DNA of 50,665 nucleotides from Candidatus Iainarchaeum sp. (lineage in GTDB: Archaea; Iainarchaeota; Iainarchaeia; Iainarchaeales; Iainarchaeaceae). The stretch is from positions 1-50,665 of the forward strand of contig JBDRLP010000044.1 in assembly GCA_043812975.1 (NCBI GenBank). Direction: 5' to 3'. Of the stretch, positions 34,979 through 44,754 are shown piece after piece. The notes under the pieces were generated by a model. It searched no databases. It worked only from the letters and a program-made list of their open reading frames with translations, and was not told the DNA's origin. Numbering within the stretch: position 1 is the first letter of the stretch; every line of letters begins with the position of its first letter. The position numbers and the translations under genes are program-made.

Positions 34979-35752
34979 ATGGAAGATTTTCCGGAACAAG
35001 GTGAAATAGTCATTGGAAGAATAACAAAAGTTCTTAACTACGGAGTATTCATGGAACTGTTAGAGTATGAAGGGATGCAGGGTTTTGTTCATATTTCTAA
35101 TGTAAGTTCCAGCTGGATAAAAAACATCAGAAACTTTGTAAAAGAAGGTCAAATAAGAGCAGGAAAAGTTACTGGTGTTGATCCGAGTAAAAATCAGATA
35201 GATTTGGCACTTACAAAAGTTTCAGCAAATCAGCAGAGAGCAAAAATTGAAGAATACAAGCAGGGAAAAAGAACACAAAAACTTATAGAGTTACTTGCAA
35301 AGGATGCAAAGGTTGATGTAGAAGTTGCATGGCATGAAGTGGCTGAACCTTTACTTGAACAATATGATACTTTGTATGATGCATTTCAGGCGATTCTTGT
35401 TGATGGGGATTCTGTTCTTGAAAAAGTCCCAAAAAAATGGGTAAAATCTGTAACTGAAATGGTTGAGAAAAACTTTGAATTACCCACAAAAACTGTCTGC
35501 GGAAAAGTTACACTTTCAATGCCAGGTTCTGAAGGAATTGAGTCAGTAAAAAAAGCATTGCTGCAAGGGCAGAAAAAAGGCGGAAAAAAAGTAGAAATAC
35601 TTTATATCGGTTCAGGAAAATATTCTCTAAAGGCAACTTCCATTGATTATAAGTCTGCAGAAAAACTTCTGAAAGATGTTTCTGACGAAATAGTTTCAGC
35701 AACTGAATCTTTAGGCGGAAATGCTGAGTTTGTTAAGGCGGGAACTAATTGA
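34979..35752 (+). CDS. eif2a: Translation initiation factor 2 alpha subunit
   Basis: FPEQGEIVIG, GFVHIS.VSSSWIKNIR S1 domain, YIGSGKY. Confidence 0.95.
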   Translation: MEDFPEQGEIVIGRITKVLNYGVFMELLEYEGMQGFVHISNVSSSWIKNIRNFVKEGQIRAGKVTGVDPSKNQIDLALTKVSANQQRAKIEEYKQGKRTQKLIELLAKDAKVDVEVAWHEVAEPLLEQYDTLYDAFQAILVDGDSVLEKVPKKWVKSVTEMVEKNFELPTKTVCGKVTLSMPGSEGIESVKKALLQGQKKGGKKVEILYIGSGKYSLKATSIDYKSAEKLLKDVSDEIVSATESLGGNAEFVKAGTN

Positions 35753-36513
35753 CAACAATAGAATTTATCAAAAAAAAGAAATTTAAGAATGCAGTTCTTT
35801 TCACCGGACTTCCAGGAATAGGTTTAGTGGGAAAAATCTGCGTGGATTATATGCTGAAACAATTCAAGGCCGAAAAAATTGCAGATGTTTATTCTGATTT
35901 TTTCCCGCCAAGTATTCAAACAACAAAAGGAATTGTTGACTTAATTAAAGATGAAATTTTTCACTTTTCTTATGGTGGAAAAGATTACTTATTTTTAGCA
36001 GGTCCCGTGCAACCTATTCTTGATAATAAGGGTGCAATGAATGAACATTATGAGTTCTCAAGAGTAATTATAAATTCTTTGAAAGAAAAAGGCCTGAAAG
36101 AAATATGTACTTTAGCAGGAATAAACATTGGTGAAAAAAGAATGCATGTTGAGCCAAAAGTTGTTGTGGCTACAACTGATAAGAAAGGACTTGAAGCATG
36201 GAAAAAAATCGGTGCTATTAATGACCGGCCACTGGGAATGATTTCCGGAGCTGCAGGCTTATTAATAGGGCTTGGTAAAAAGGAAGGTATTGAAGGCACT
36301 TGCTTGATGGGGGAAACAAATGCAAGGCTTATTTATGGTGACCCCGGAGCGGCAAAAAAAGTCCTTGAATTATTGATTAAAAAATACGGTTTTAAAATTG
36401 AAATGAAAAGAATGGAAAAAGAAGCAAAAGAAATAGAACAGGCCTTTGCTGCTTTAAGCCAGCAGTTAGAAGAACCAGAAGAAAAACCAGCTGGTTTGAG
36501 TTACGTAAGATAA
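35749..36513 (+). CDS. PAC2-family proteasome assembly chaperone homolog
   Basis: GLPGIGLVGKI, YSDFFPP, ISGAAGLL, CLMGET, DPGAAK. Confidence 0.9.
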   Translation: MTTIEFIKKKKFKNAVLFTGLPGIGLVGKICVDYMLKQFKAEKIADVYSDFFPPSIQTTKGIVDLIKDEIFHFSYGGKDYLFLAGPVQPILDNKGAMNEHYEFSRVIINSLKEKGLKEICTLAGINIGEKRMHVEPKVVVATTDKKGLEAWKKIGAINDRPLGMISGAAGLLIGLGKKEGIEGTCLMGETNARLIYGDPGAAKKVLELLIKKYGFKIEMKRMEKEAKEIEQAFAALSQQLEEPEEKPAGLSYVR

Positions 36514-37785
36514 TTAAAACTGCCCAAGAGTTTTCTGGTTTCCAATATCACTAATTCCTGCTAATTCATTTTTAAGTTCGATTTTTTTCTTTTCCATTTC
36601 TTCTTCGGTTTCACAAATTATTGGTTTTCCATAATCTCCGCCGCCTCCGGGAATATAGAGAACCAAATCGTTTCGGAATGCAATTATTTTTTTAGCAATG
36701 TTTTCATCAACTTCATTTAATTCACTTTCAGTTGCATCAACCAGAACAAAAATTTCATTTGGAAATCTTTCAACAAAATCTTTCCACTTACTCTGAACTG
36801 CTTTAGTATTAATTCCTTTTGTTTGCACAGCTTGCTGAATTATTTCTGCAAGAGGAAGTGAATGAACATACTTTGGCCTGAAATCAGGGTGGGAGTTTTC
36901 AATATTCGCAAGAATTTCTATCCTGTCTCTTACACCTCTTTTAATCTGCCCGGAGCATTTCAAGCATTTCCATTTTAATTGTTCAGCTTGTTCCAAAGAA
37001 TATTTTGAAAAGCAAGAATTGCAGGCAGTGCAATGATACTTTCCTTCCTTAGGATTCAAACCAACATTAAGTGTAATTAATTTTTCTTCTTTTTCAGTAA
37101 TTGCTTTTTTTAAAGATTCGAAATCAGGTTTCTGCATTTTAATTCTGTTAAATTCTCTTCCGATTCTGTGCGGCCATGGGCTATGGGCATCCGAGCTTGA
37201 AAGAAAAGTGTAAGAATGATTCTCTTTAATCCTGTCTGCGGAATTAGTGTCTGCACTTAACCCAAGTTCAATAAAATCTAATTTAGAATGCATTGAACCA
37301 TAAGCGTCTTTTAGTGAATCAAAGAAAGCATAAATTCCGCTATAAGGAGTAAATGAATGTGATGGTCCGAAAATCCCTCCGGCATCAACAACGCTCTGGG
37401 CAAATTCTTCTGCAGTAACTCTGAGTTTTGGGCGGCCGCACATTATACAATCCAGATTTCCTTTTCCTAAAAATTTTTCACGCAATTCCTGTGCACTTTC
37501 TAAAGAGGGAAGATAAAATAAGTGGTGGATTCTTTTGTTGTCTTCTATTTCCCCCCCGACAATAAAATTACAATCACCTTTCAAATCCCTGTATACTCCA
37601 TTTGATTCTTCTTCTAGATTTTTTTTCACGTGCTCAAACCATTTTTTGTGCAGAATATCAGCAGTTACCAGTACATCAAGGCCTTTTAGTTTTGTTTGTT
37701 CAGCCATCACGGGAATTGTCATATTTTTGGAAACACCCCCGGCATAAAGGCCGTGCATTTGTAAATCCAAATTGAGTTCTTTCAT
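36514..37785 (-). CDS. PHP-domain/zinc-finger protein, endonuclease Q-like (TIGR00375-type)
   Basis: ELGLSAD, SDAHS...IGREFN, GKYH.TAC..C, C..C...KRGV, PGGGG.YG; C-terminal PIP box QKTLGQF. Confidence 0.88.
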   Translation of the reverse strand: MKELNLDLQMHGLYAGGVSKNMTIPVMAEQTKLKGLDVLVTADILHKKWFEHVKKNLEEESNGVYRDLKGDCNFIVGGEIEDNKRIHHLFYLPSLESAQELREKFLGKGNLDCIMCGRPKLRVTAEEFAQSVVDAGGIFGPSHSFTPYSGIYAFFDSLKDAYGSMHSKLDFIELGLSADTNSADRIKENHSYTFLSSSDAHSPWPHRIGREFNRIKMQKPDFESLKKAITEKEEKLITLNVGLNPKEGKYHCTACNSCFSKYSLEQAEQLKWKCLKCSGQIKRGVRDRIEILANIENSHPDFRPKYVHSLPLAEIIQQAVQTKGINTKAVQSKWKDFVERFPNEIFVLVDATESELNEVDENIAKKIIAFRNDLVLYIPGGGGDYGKPIICETEEEMEKKKIELKNELAGISDIGNQKTLGQF

Positions 37786-37857
37786 GCAAAGATTTTGTTT
37801 GAAAAGAATTTATAGTTAGCGTTTAAACCTTAACACATTTAAATCTACTATATATTA

Positions 37858-37873
37858 TTACTAATATTAGTAA
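37858..37873. promoter_or_regulatory. Perfect 16-bp palindrome, candidate operator
   Basis: TTACTAATATTAGTAA, just downstream of a TTTAAAT TATA box. Confidence 0.45.
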
Positions 37874-37879
37874 AGAAAT

Positions 37880-37921
37880 ATAATAAAGGAAAAATGATTT
37901 ATAATAAAGGAAAAATGATTT
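37880..37921. repeat. Perfect 21-bp tandem duplication
   Basis: ATAATAAAGGAAAAATGATTT x2. Confidence 0.9.
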
Positions 37922-37924
37922 TTT

Positions 37925-38569
37925 GTGAGTAAGTTTACTGAAGAACAAAAGAAAATTGCTTTATTGCTTTTACATTCCCCAAAGACGGTGGAAGACCTGA
38001 ATAAACAATTAAATATTCCATTTGATGATTTAAACGAAAACCTGAAGCAAATGGTTAAACTAAAGCTGGTTAAAATTGAGGGTTATCCTCAAAAGTACAG
38101 GTTAATGGAGAATATCGTTGAAGCCGTGAAAAGAAGAAAGGATATACAGGAATCTGACCCGTTTGACCTGAGGTTAAAGACAATTATTGAATTTAAAGCT
38201 GTGGAAGAGAGTTTCCTTGCAAAAAGCATGGATGAGATAGAGAAAAAACTCAAAGAAAGTAAGGATTACACTATTTATGACCTGTATAGAGCAGATCCTA
38301 TTAAGGAAGATACTCAATATTCGGCTTATTTAGAGATTAACCTCTCAGCAAAGGACTTTACAGCAATTATCAAGTTTATGTACTTCTATGGGCCTAGTTC
38401 AGTAGAGGTTTTAAAGCCAAAAAAGGTAGTTTTATCTATGGATGATTTGCAGGATGCACTAATGGAAATGGCTGAAATGATCCAGTTGTATAATCAGTCA
38501 ATGTTAAAGTCTATGAATAATGAAGAACTGGATGAATTTGCCAAAAACCTGTACAAACCAAAAAAATAG
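37925..38569 (+). CDS. Winged-helix domain protein, putative regulator
   Basis: KIALLLLHSPKTVEDLNKQLNI...L..MVKLKLV....PQKYRL wHTH plus an alpha/beta C-terminal domain. Confidence 0.7.
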   Translation: MSKFTEEQKKIALLLLHSPKTVEDLNKQLNIPFDDLNENLKQMVKLKLVKIEGYPQKYRLMENIVEAVKRRKDIQESDPFDLRLKTIIEFKAVEESFLAKSMDEIEKKLKESKDYTIYDLYRADPIKEDTQYSAYLEINLSAKDFTAIIKFMYFYGPSSVEVLKPKKVVLSMDDLQDALMEMAEMIQLYNQSMLKSMNNEELDEFAKNLYKPKK

Positions 38570-38750
38570 TTAATCAACGAAAAAACCGATTTTCTTTTAA
38601 TAATTTGGTTTCTTATACTATACAAATAATGCCTATATTTAGTGATTAAAAGGGGTTCGTTTATCGCCTAATAGACTTTCCTCAAAAGCCTTAAATTTGG
38701 GGTTATTTAGCATATAAAAGGAGCATGACGGTTTTCGTAATCGAAACCTT

Positions 38751-38841
38751 TTTAAATAAGGTGAGCAATTGAATATAAGAGCTTAACTGGCTGTGCCTAA
38801 GGGCGTGGCTGGCTTTGATTTTAATAATATATTCGTGAGGT
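38751..38841 (+). promoter_or_regulatory. S-layer promoter, GU-rich 5' UTR hairpin and SD
   Basis: TTTAAATA at 38751; GGCTGTGCC-taag-GGCGTGGCT stem; GAGGTG SD. Confidence 0.55.
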
Positions 38842-38851
38842 GAAACAAAAC

Positions 38852-41800
38852 ATGAAAGGATTCAACGTAAAAAAGTTGGCCGCGATCGGTGTAGGAGCAG
38901 CTTTGCTGGCATCAGCAGTAGCTCCAATTGTATCAGCATCCAACGTACAAAAAGATGATATATACAATAGTAACGGATCACCAAATGTAAACATAGTGAT
39001 CGGTTCACAAGCAGCTTTATCAGATGCTGTTTGGGCAGGTAACCTTGCCGCAAAAATAGCAGAGAAAGCAGCTTCCACTGGAAGAGTAAGCGTTTCTGCA
39101 ACAGGAGAAGACGGAGGATCAGTATCAGAACTTGATTTATCCGATTTAACAATCGACGTCACAGTCGGAGGAACAGTAACCTTCGGTGCTGGTTCAAAAG
39201 AGTATAAAGTCAACATGAGTTCAGCATCAGGACAACTTGAAGTTCGAAATGCAAACGATACAAATGTTATGACTGACGCTCAGTTGCCACACTTGTATAA
39301 TGCAAGTCTTGCACAAAAAGTTGACGCTAACAACACAACTCCAACAGTTTCTGAAAAAATTGGGATTGATGTGGACGTAAAGTTTGATAACTCTTCAGAC
39401 ACAAAGGATCTTGTCGGGTATATTGAGGGCGGAGGCTTCTATTATGAAGTTGTCCTTGGTAGTGCAGGAATAGATCTTGGCTCAACTTCATTCACTGACG
39501 GTACTGATGACAATGTAAAAATTGTTTTCTTCGGTGAAACATACGAACTTAGCACAGCTACACTTTCAGGAAGCCCAAGTTTAAGGCTCGTAAAGTCAAG
39601 CGCAAAAGAAACATATAATGAAGGAGAAACTGTAGAAGGTCTTGTTGGATCAGGTGCATTTGATGGTCAAGATGTATCTGTTAAAATTGTTCAGATTATC
39701 CAGACAGGATCTGCAGTAACAGCTTACTCAGCTACCTTTGAATTATATGATTCTGAAGGTAATTTGATAGACACACAAACAGTTGCATCAAGCGGAACAC
39801 CAAACCTGAAAGAATCTTTCCAGGATGATAATGGAGACTACGCATTGCATAGCAATTTATTTGTGAATACTGTTGCTGTCGGAGCTACTACAGGAATTGG
39901 ATATGTTGAGGTAACAAAAGGTACAGACACTATTGAACTGTATGATACCAAAGGTTATCCATACGACCCTACTGACACAACAGGAATCTATGATTACTCT
40001 GTTGCATTGACAGTATCTGGAAATTCACTTGATAAGATAAAAGTTGTCAATAGCAGAGAAAAATGGAACAACTCAAGCGCTTCAAACGGAGCACTTACAC
40101 CAACAACTGCTGGTCAATCATTGACTGGTGCTGAAAGCAATACAGCAGTATTTGGACAGGCTCTTGAAGAAGGTATTCTCGGAAAAGGATTTGCAAAAGT
40201 AGAATTCTTAGGTTTCGAGACCAAAGAAGAGCTTACTACACTAGAATTTGGTAGAGGAGTTACAGGTCTTGATACAAGTGCAAAAGGCGGAGTAAGCTTT
40301 AGAGGAGCTGACGATGCTGCACATTCATTACCATTCGCTCTTGAATTGGATGATGCAGAATCAGGCGCAACGTTCCTATTCGACTCAAAGACAATTTGGT
40401 ACGATGTGAACTATGGTACAAGCTCAACAACTGCAGGAGATCTTAACTTCTATGTTGCAACCGGAGACTATGTCAACGGAAGAACTTGGACTATCGCAGA
40501 AACAGGACAAGCTGCTGAAGACGATGCAAATGTCAGTATAACTGTTCAGGGTATTGGTGCAATAGTCAATAACACAGCAACAGGTTTAGATACTAATTTG
40601 AGTATCGGCAATAGCTTTGCTGTTGATGGTGTAACATACACAATCAGAGACAACAACGTAATTACCGGAACACAAGATGTATCAATAGGTGTTGATGGTG
40701 AAATCGTATTCAGGAAGACTAACTCTACCGGAACACAGCTTTTCAACATTGGTGGTGACTCTACTGACCAAACCTATGGTAAAATGTATATAACTGAGGA
40801 CAAAATATTTGATGGAAATGCAGTAACAGCTAATGGCGTTCCAGTTAACGTTGGATTAGTTGGAAATTCAGACAGAAAATTCTATTATGCTGTCAATCCA
40901 GCAAAAACTCTGAACAGACTTTGGTTGATGCTTGATGCAGATATCCTAGGAAGCGATGAGTCTGGCTTAATCCAGAACAGCAAGGAAATTATATTCCTTG
41001 GAACCAATAATCCTGAAGTAGCTTCAACATATGTTGAAGAGAAAGGAATTGGTCTTGATTTCATAAGAGGTGGAGATGCAGCTATTGATGAATCCGCAGG
41101 CGGAGTTTCATATAGAAAAAGAACATCTAATTCACTATGGACAGGACACTATGTTCCACAGGATTCAGACTTCAACAGTATTGCAAATTACGCAGATTCA
41201 ACCGCGTACTTTGTTGCTGAGTTCCTTGTGAACGACAATGTAAGTACCGGAGACTTCAACGTCTATATCGATACCAAAGATGGAGGCGGTTTGGGTTCAT
41301 TCACAAACTCTAACCTATCAGGGTATTCAACATCAATGGACTTCAATGGTACTACATCTTGGAATCTTCAGGAAGGTACAAGCTCTAGCTACTTGCCAGC
41401 TGCTTATACAGACGCAGGCACAAAAGCAACGCTTGTTGGCAGTGACGGAGTAAAAATAGTTTCTCCTGAAAACATTCAAAAAGTCCAGATAGTAGTATAC
41501 GGCACAGAAGAGCAAAGAGATGTATCTGGCGGAGACCCATTAACTGGGTTGAAAGTAGGTGTAGCAGGAACAACCGACAGCGGAACTAAAGTAACAGTTA
41601 CTGCAGTTAACGGCGGATCTTGTGGAGTTGCAAGCGGAGACGGCAGTGTTGTCTGCTCAGCTAAACCAGAAACCTATGCAATGCCAGCAGCAGTAAGAAA
41701 TCCTTTGGTGTACTTAGATACAGAAGCACCAGCAGGAAGCAACATCATTATTGGAGGACACCTTGTTAACGCATTGGCTTCAAGCCTTGCAGACAGGTTA

Positions 41801-41935
41801 ACTGCTCCAGGACAGATGGTTGCAGAAGTTGACGCATCAAGCGGAGACATCTACGCTGCAGGATACACAGCTGGAGATACAGGAAGAGCTGTACAAGAAT
41901 TAATTAACGATATTGACGCAATGAAATTGGCTTAA
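38852..41935 (+). CDS. S-layer protein (S_layer_N/C type)
   Basis: VKKLAAIGVGAALL signal, NIVIGSQAALSD..A..LAA, NIIIGG.LVN.L, AGYTA.DT; acidic T/S/G-rich body with many NxS/T sequons; ATG 38852. Confidence 0.9.
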   Translation: MKGFNVKKLAAIGVGAALLASAVAPIVSASNVQKDDIYNSNGSPNVNIVIGSQAALSDAVWAGNLAAKIAEKAASTGRVSVSATGEDGGSVSELDLSDLTIDVTVGGTVTFGAGSKEYKVNMSSASGQLEVRNANDTNVMTDAQLPHLYNASLAQKVDANNTTPTVSEKIGIDVDVKFDNSSDTKDLVGYIEGGGFYYEVVLGSAGIDLGSTSFTDGTDDNVKIVFFGETYELSTATLSGSPSLRLVKSSAKETYNEGETVEGLVGSGAFDGQDVSVKIVQIIQTGSAVTAYSATFELYDSEGNLIDTQTVASSGTPNLKESFQDDNGDYALHSNLFVNTVAVGATTGIGYVEVTKGTDTIELYDTKGYPYDPTDTTGIYDYSVALTVSGNSLDKIKVVNSREKWNNSSASNGALTPTTAGQSLTGAESNTAVFGQALEEGILGKGFAKVEFLGFETKEELTTLEFGRGVTGLDTSAKGGVSFRGADDAAHSLPFALELDDAESGATFLFDSKTIWYDVNYGTSSTTAGDLNFYVATGDYVNGRTWTIAETGQAAEDDANVSITVQGIGAIVNNTATGLDTNLSIGNSFAVDGVTYTIRDNNVITGTQDVSIGVDGEIVFRKTNSTGTQLFNIGGDSTDQTYGKMYITEDKIFDGNAVTANGVPVNVGLVGNSDRKFYYAVNPAKTLNRLWLMLDADILGSDESGLIQNSKEIIFLGTNNPEVASTYVEEKGIGLDFIRGGDAAIDESAGGVSYRKRTSNSLWTGHYVPQDSDFNSIANYADSTAYFVAEFLVNDNVSTGDFNVYIDTKDGGGLGSFTNSNLSGYSTSMDFNGTTSWNLQEGTSSSYLPAAYTDAGTKATLVGSDGVKIVSPENIQKVQIVVYGTEEQRDVSGGDPLTGLKVGVAGTTDSGTKVTVTAVNGGSCGVASGDGSVVCSAKPETYAMPAAVRNPLVYLDTEAPAGSNIIIGGHLVNALASSLADRLTAPGQMVAEVDASSGDIYAAGYTAGDTGRAVQELINDIDAMKLA

Positions 41936-41950
41936 ACTCCAAGTTTATTG

Positions 41951-41994
41951 TTAGGATCTGGGTTTAAACCCGGATTCCTAATTTTCTTTTTTTT
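41951..41994 (+). terminator. Hairpin plus poly-T terminator of the S-layer gene
   Basis: TTAGGATCTGGG-tttaaa-CCCGGATTCCTAA followed by TTTTCTTTTTTTT. Confidence 0.75.
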
Positions 41995-42048
41995 AAAATC
42001 CCTTAGCATAAGCTCTGGTTTTTAATTCTTTTCAACCACTTTTTTTTT

Positions 42049-42657
42049 ATGAAAAAAGAAACTTATTTTTACATTACTGCACTTGTAGCAGTTCTTATTG
42101 TGGTTCTTGCAGGATTTATTTTTATAAACCTGGATTTAACTGATTACAAGTATTCTGTTGAAAAAGAAGGAGTTAGGTTTGCTTCTAATTCAGCACAGCC
42201 ATCAGAACTTTTCAATGAAATGAGAAATTCAAAAACATTCATAATTTCTCCGCAATTTGTTGAAATAGGTCCAGAGAATACTTACATGGTTTCTGCAATA
42301 ACCTTGTTTTCAACAGTTCTTATTGCCAAGGATAAAGATGTTATTGTTGTTGGCAGAGTTCTGGATGAAACTGGCAATATAATTAAATGCCAAACTAATC
42401 TTGGGGATGTTAGAACTAATGAGGAATTATCAATAGAAAAGTGTAATCAACTTCTTTCAGATAATTTCAATACAAGAATTTTCATTTCTTTCCCTGCAGG
42501 AGAAGATTCTCTAATTGAATTAGAACCAAGGACAATTAGAATTACTCCTTCATCTTTTGAGAACATTTCTCATGTTTCTTTTGTAGCGGTTAGTGCTCTT
42601 TATGAGGATGCTGAGCAAATAATTGACCAGGTTAATATAATAGTTGATCAGCTATAG
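42049..42657 (+). CDS. N-terminally anchored exported protein, unknown function
   Basis: Single N-terminal TM helix; extracytoplasmic domain with 2 Cys. Confidence 0.7.
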   Translation: MKKETYFYITALVAVLIVVLAGFIFINLDLTDYKYSVEKEGVRFASNSAQPSELFNEMRNSKTFIISPQFVEIGPENTYMVSAITLFSTVLIAKDKDVIVVGRVLDETGNIIKCQTNLGDVRTNEELSIEKCNQLLSDNFNTRIFISFPAGEDSLIELEPRTIRITPSSFENISHVSFVAVSALYEDAEQIIDQVNIIVDQL

Positions 42658-42690
42658 CAACTATTTTTAATCAGCTTCAACCCTATTTTT

Positions 42691-43977
42691 TTGATGAATA
42701 TAAAGCCAAGAACTGTATTAATTTTTCCGGTAATGCTGGTACTGGTTTATTTTATAGTAAAAATAATTACCTTTAATTGGATAATAATTTTTTTTAATAT
42801 TCTGCTTATTTTCATTAACAGTGTTTTCCTTTTTGCGTATTTGGAAATCAAGGACAAAAAAAAGATTGCTATTAAGAAGTGGCCCTCAGTAACAATAGTG
42901 ATTCCGAATTACAACGGAGAAGCATGCCTTGCAAAATGCATTGAGCATGTGAAAAATCTGAGTTATCCTTCAAAAAAAGAAATCATTGTTGTTGATGATG
43001 GTTCGAATGATAATTCACAAAAAATCATGCAAAAAATTAAAGGAATTAAAATTATTTTAAAGAAAAATAATGAAGGAAAGGCAGCAGCACTTAATGACGG
43101 TATTGCTGCTGCAAAAGGAGAATATGTTGTTACAATAGATTCTGATACTTATCCTGAACCTGATTGTCTGGAAAAAATGGTTTCCCATATGGAAGAAGGG
43201 GTTTCAGCAGTAACTGGTTTTGTGAGAGCTCATAATACAAAAGGCATAGTTGAAAAAATTCAGGAAGTTGAATACTTAATTGCTTTTGGGTTTTTTCAAA
43301 AAGTTCTCTCAGATATTAATGCGATTCTTGTAACTCCTGGGCCGATGAGTTTATACCGAAAAAGTATTCTGAAAGAAATTGGCGGGTTTGATGAAAAAAA
43401 TATTACTGAGGACATGGAAATAGCTTTTAGGATAAGAAAGTATGGTGGAAGAATTGTTACCTGTATTGAAGCTCACATTTACACTGAAGTTCCAACAACC
43501 CTGAAACAATTATTCAGGCAAAGAGTAAGATGGTACAGAGGAAAATTCTTTAATACTGTAAAATATTCTGAAATGCTTTTCAATCCAAAGTTTGGTGAAT
43601 TTGGAATGTTCACTTTTCCTTTTTCAGTTATTTTGGAATGGGTAATAGTTTTGTTTGTTTTTATTTTCATTGCAGGAAACCTGGAAAACATCGGGATGTA
43701 TTTTGGATTTATTTATTCTTTTCTTTCAGTAAGTACTGATGTTGTTGCTTTAGTTCCAAGGTTGTTTGCATTAAACTCAAGTTTTTTCTTTTACCTGATC
43801 GGAGCTGCATTTTATTCTTTCTTTTTGTATTATAGCCATAAATTGGCGGGTGCGAAACTCAGTATCACAAAAGTCCCGGAAATAACTCTTTTTATATTGA
43901 TTTATAGTTTTTTTATTTTAGTGGTTTTCTTTGTCGGTTTTTTCAAAGAAATAAACAGCAGTGATTATGTATGGTAA
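42691..43977 (+). CDS. Processive family-2 glycosyltransferase (PgaC/IcaA/cellulose synthase-like)
   Basis: DDGS, GKA.ALN, DSD, TED and QRVRW motifs with N- and C-terminal TM helices. Confidence 0.9.
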   Translation: MMNIKPRTVLIFPVMLVLVYFIVKIITFNWIIIFFNILLIFINSVFLFAYLEIKDKKKIAIKKWPSVTIVIPNYNGEACLAKCIEHVKNLSYPSKKEIIVVDDGSNDNSQKIMQKIKGIKIILKKNNEGKAAALNDGIAAAKGEYVVTIDSDTYPEPDCLEKMVSHMEEGVSAVTGFVRAHNTKGIVEKIQEVEYLIAFGFFQKVLSDINAILVTPGPMSLYRKSILKEIGGFDEKNITEDMEIAFRIRKYGGRIVTCIEAHIYTEVPTTLKQLFRQRVRWYRGKFFNTVKYSEMLFNPKFGEFGMFTFPFSVILEWVIVLFVFIFIAGNLENIGMYFGFIYSFLSVSTDVVALVPRLFALNSSFFFYLIGAAFYSFFLYYSHKLAGAKLSITKVPEITLFILIYSFFILVVFFVGFFKEINSSDYVW

Positions 43978-44612
43978 ACAAGTATCTCAAAGCATTAGGG
44001 CTTACAATAATCCTTACTCTTCTTGGAATAATGATTATAGGTTTTGCTGATGATGCAAGACTTTCACAGGTTTCTTCAGTTTTAGAAGAAAACGCTATTG
44101 CTATTGAGTCAACTCAACAATTATTGCTTTATGAATCTATTACTGGAGATACTGAAAATGTTTGTAATGCACTTTCCAAAAAAATAAATTTGCAAGCAGG
44201 AAAAACAAGTGACTTTTTAATGGACTTACAGGCAGTTAATGCCCAGACGTTTTTTGCCAATACAGAATTAGCAAAAATGAAATTTCTTAACCAGAACATT
44301 CAGCTTTACTTATTAGTCCAAAAATCAATTCAGGATTGTGGTAATAAAACAAAACCAATTCTTTACTTTTACACTGATAAATCCTTTTCAGCAGATGAAG
44401 AGGCTCAGGCAAAAATACTTGATTCAGTTGTTCAACAGTGTCCAAATGTAAGGGTTTTTGCTTTTCCTCATGATCTTGATATTCCGGTAGTTGATGTATT
44501 AATGTCAAAATACAGTATTTCAGAGTATCCTGCTATTGTGCTTGAAAATGAGAGAATTAATGGTTTAGTTGCAGAGGAACTGATTATAGGGAAACTTGCC
44601 TGTAAACCTTAG
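43971..44612 (+). CDS. Membrane-anchored protein with thioredoxin-like C-terminal domain
   Basis: N-terminal TM, helical region, ILYFY...KYSISEYPAIV; no CxxC. Confidence 0.65.
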   Translation: MVNKYLKALGLTIILTLLGIMIIGFADDARLSQVSSVLEENAIAIESTQQLLLYESITGDTENVCNALSKKINLQAGKTSDFLMDLQAVNAQTFFANTELAKMKFLNQNIQLYLLVQKSIQDCGNKTKPILYFYTDKSFSADEEAQAKILDSVVQQCPNVRVFAFPHDLDIPVVDVLMSKYSISEYPAIVLENERINGLVAEELIIGKLACKP

Positions 44613-44706
44613 AAATATGCAGAATTATTGCTTTTAACCCTGTTTTTTTAGTTAATTTTTGTAAAAAAACCCGTATTTTGCAGCTTTTTAACCCTTTTTC
44701 TTGCTT

Positions 44707-44754
44707 TTAACCTGTTTTCATTAGTTCTCTGAGGATAGTGGTAGCGTAATTGCC
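44707..44754 (-). pseudogene. Displaced duplicate of the truD 3' end
   Basis: Encodes GNYATTILRELMKTG*; 44716-44754 is 34/39 identical to 44859-44897 and all differences are synonymous. Confidence 0.85.
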
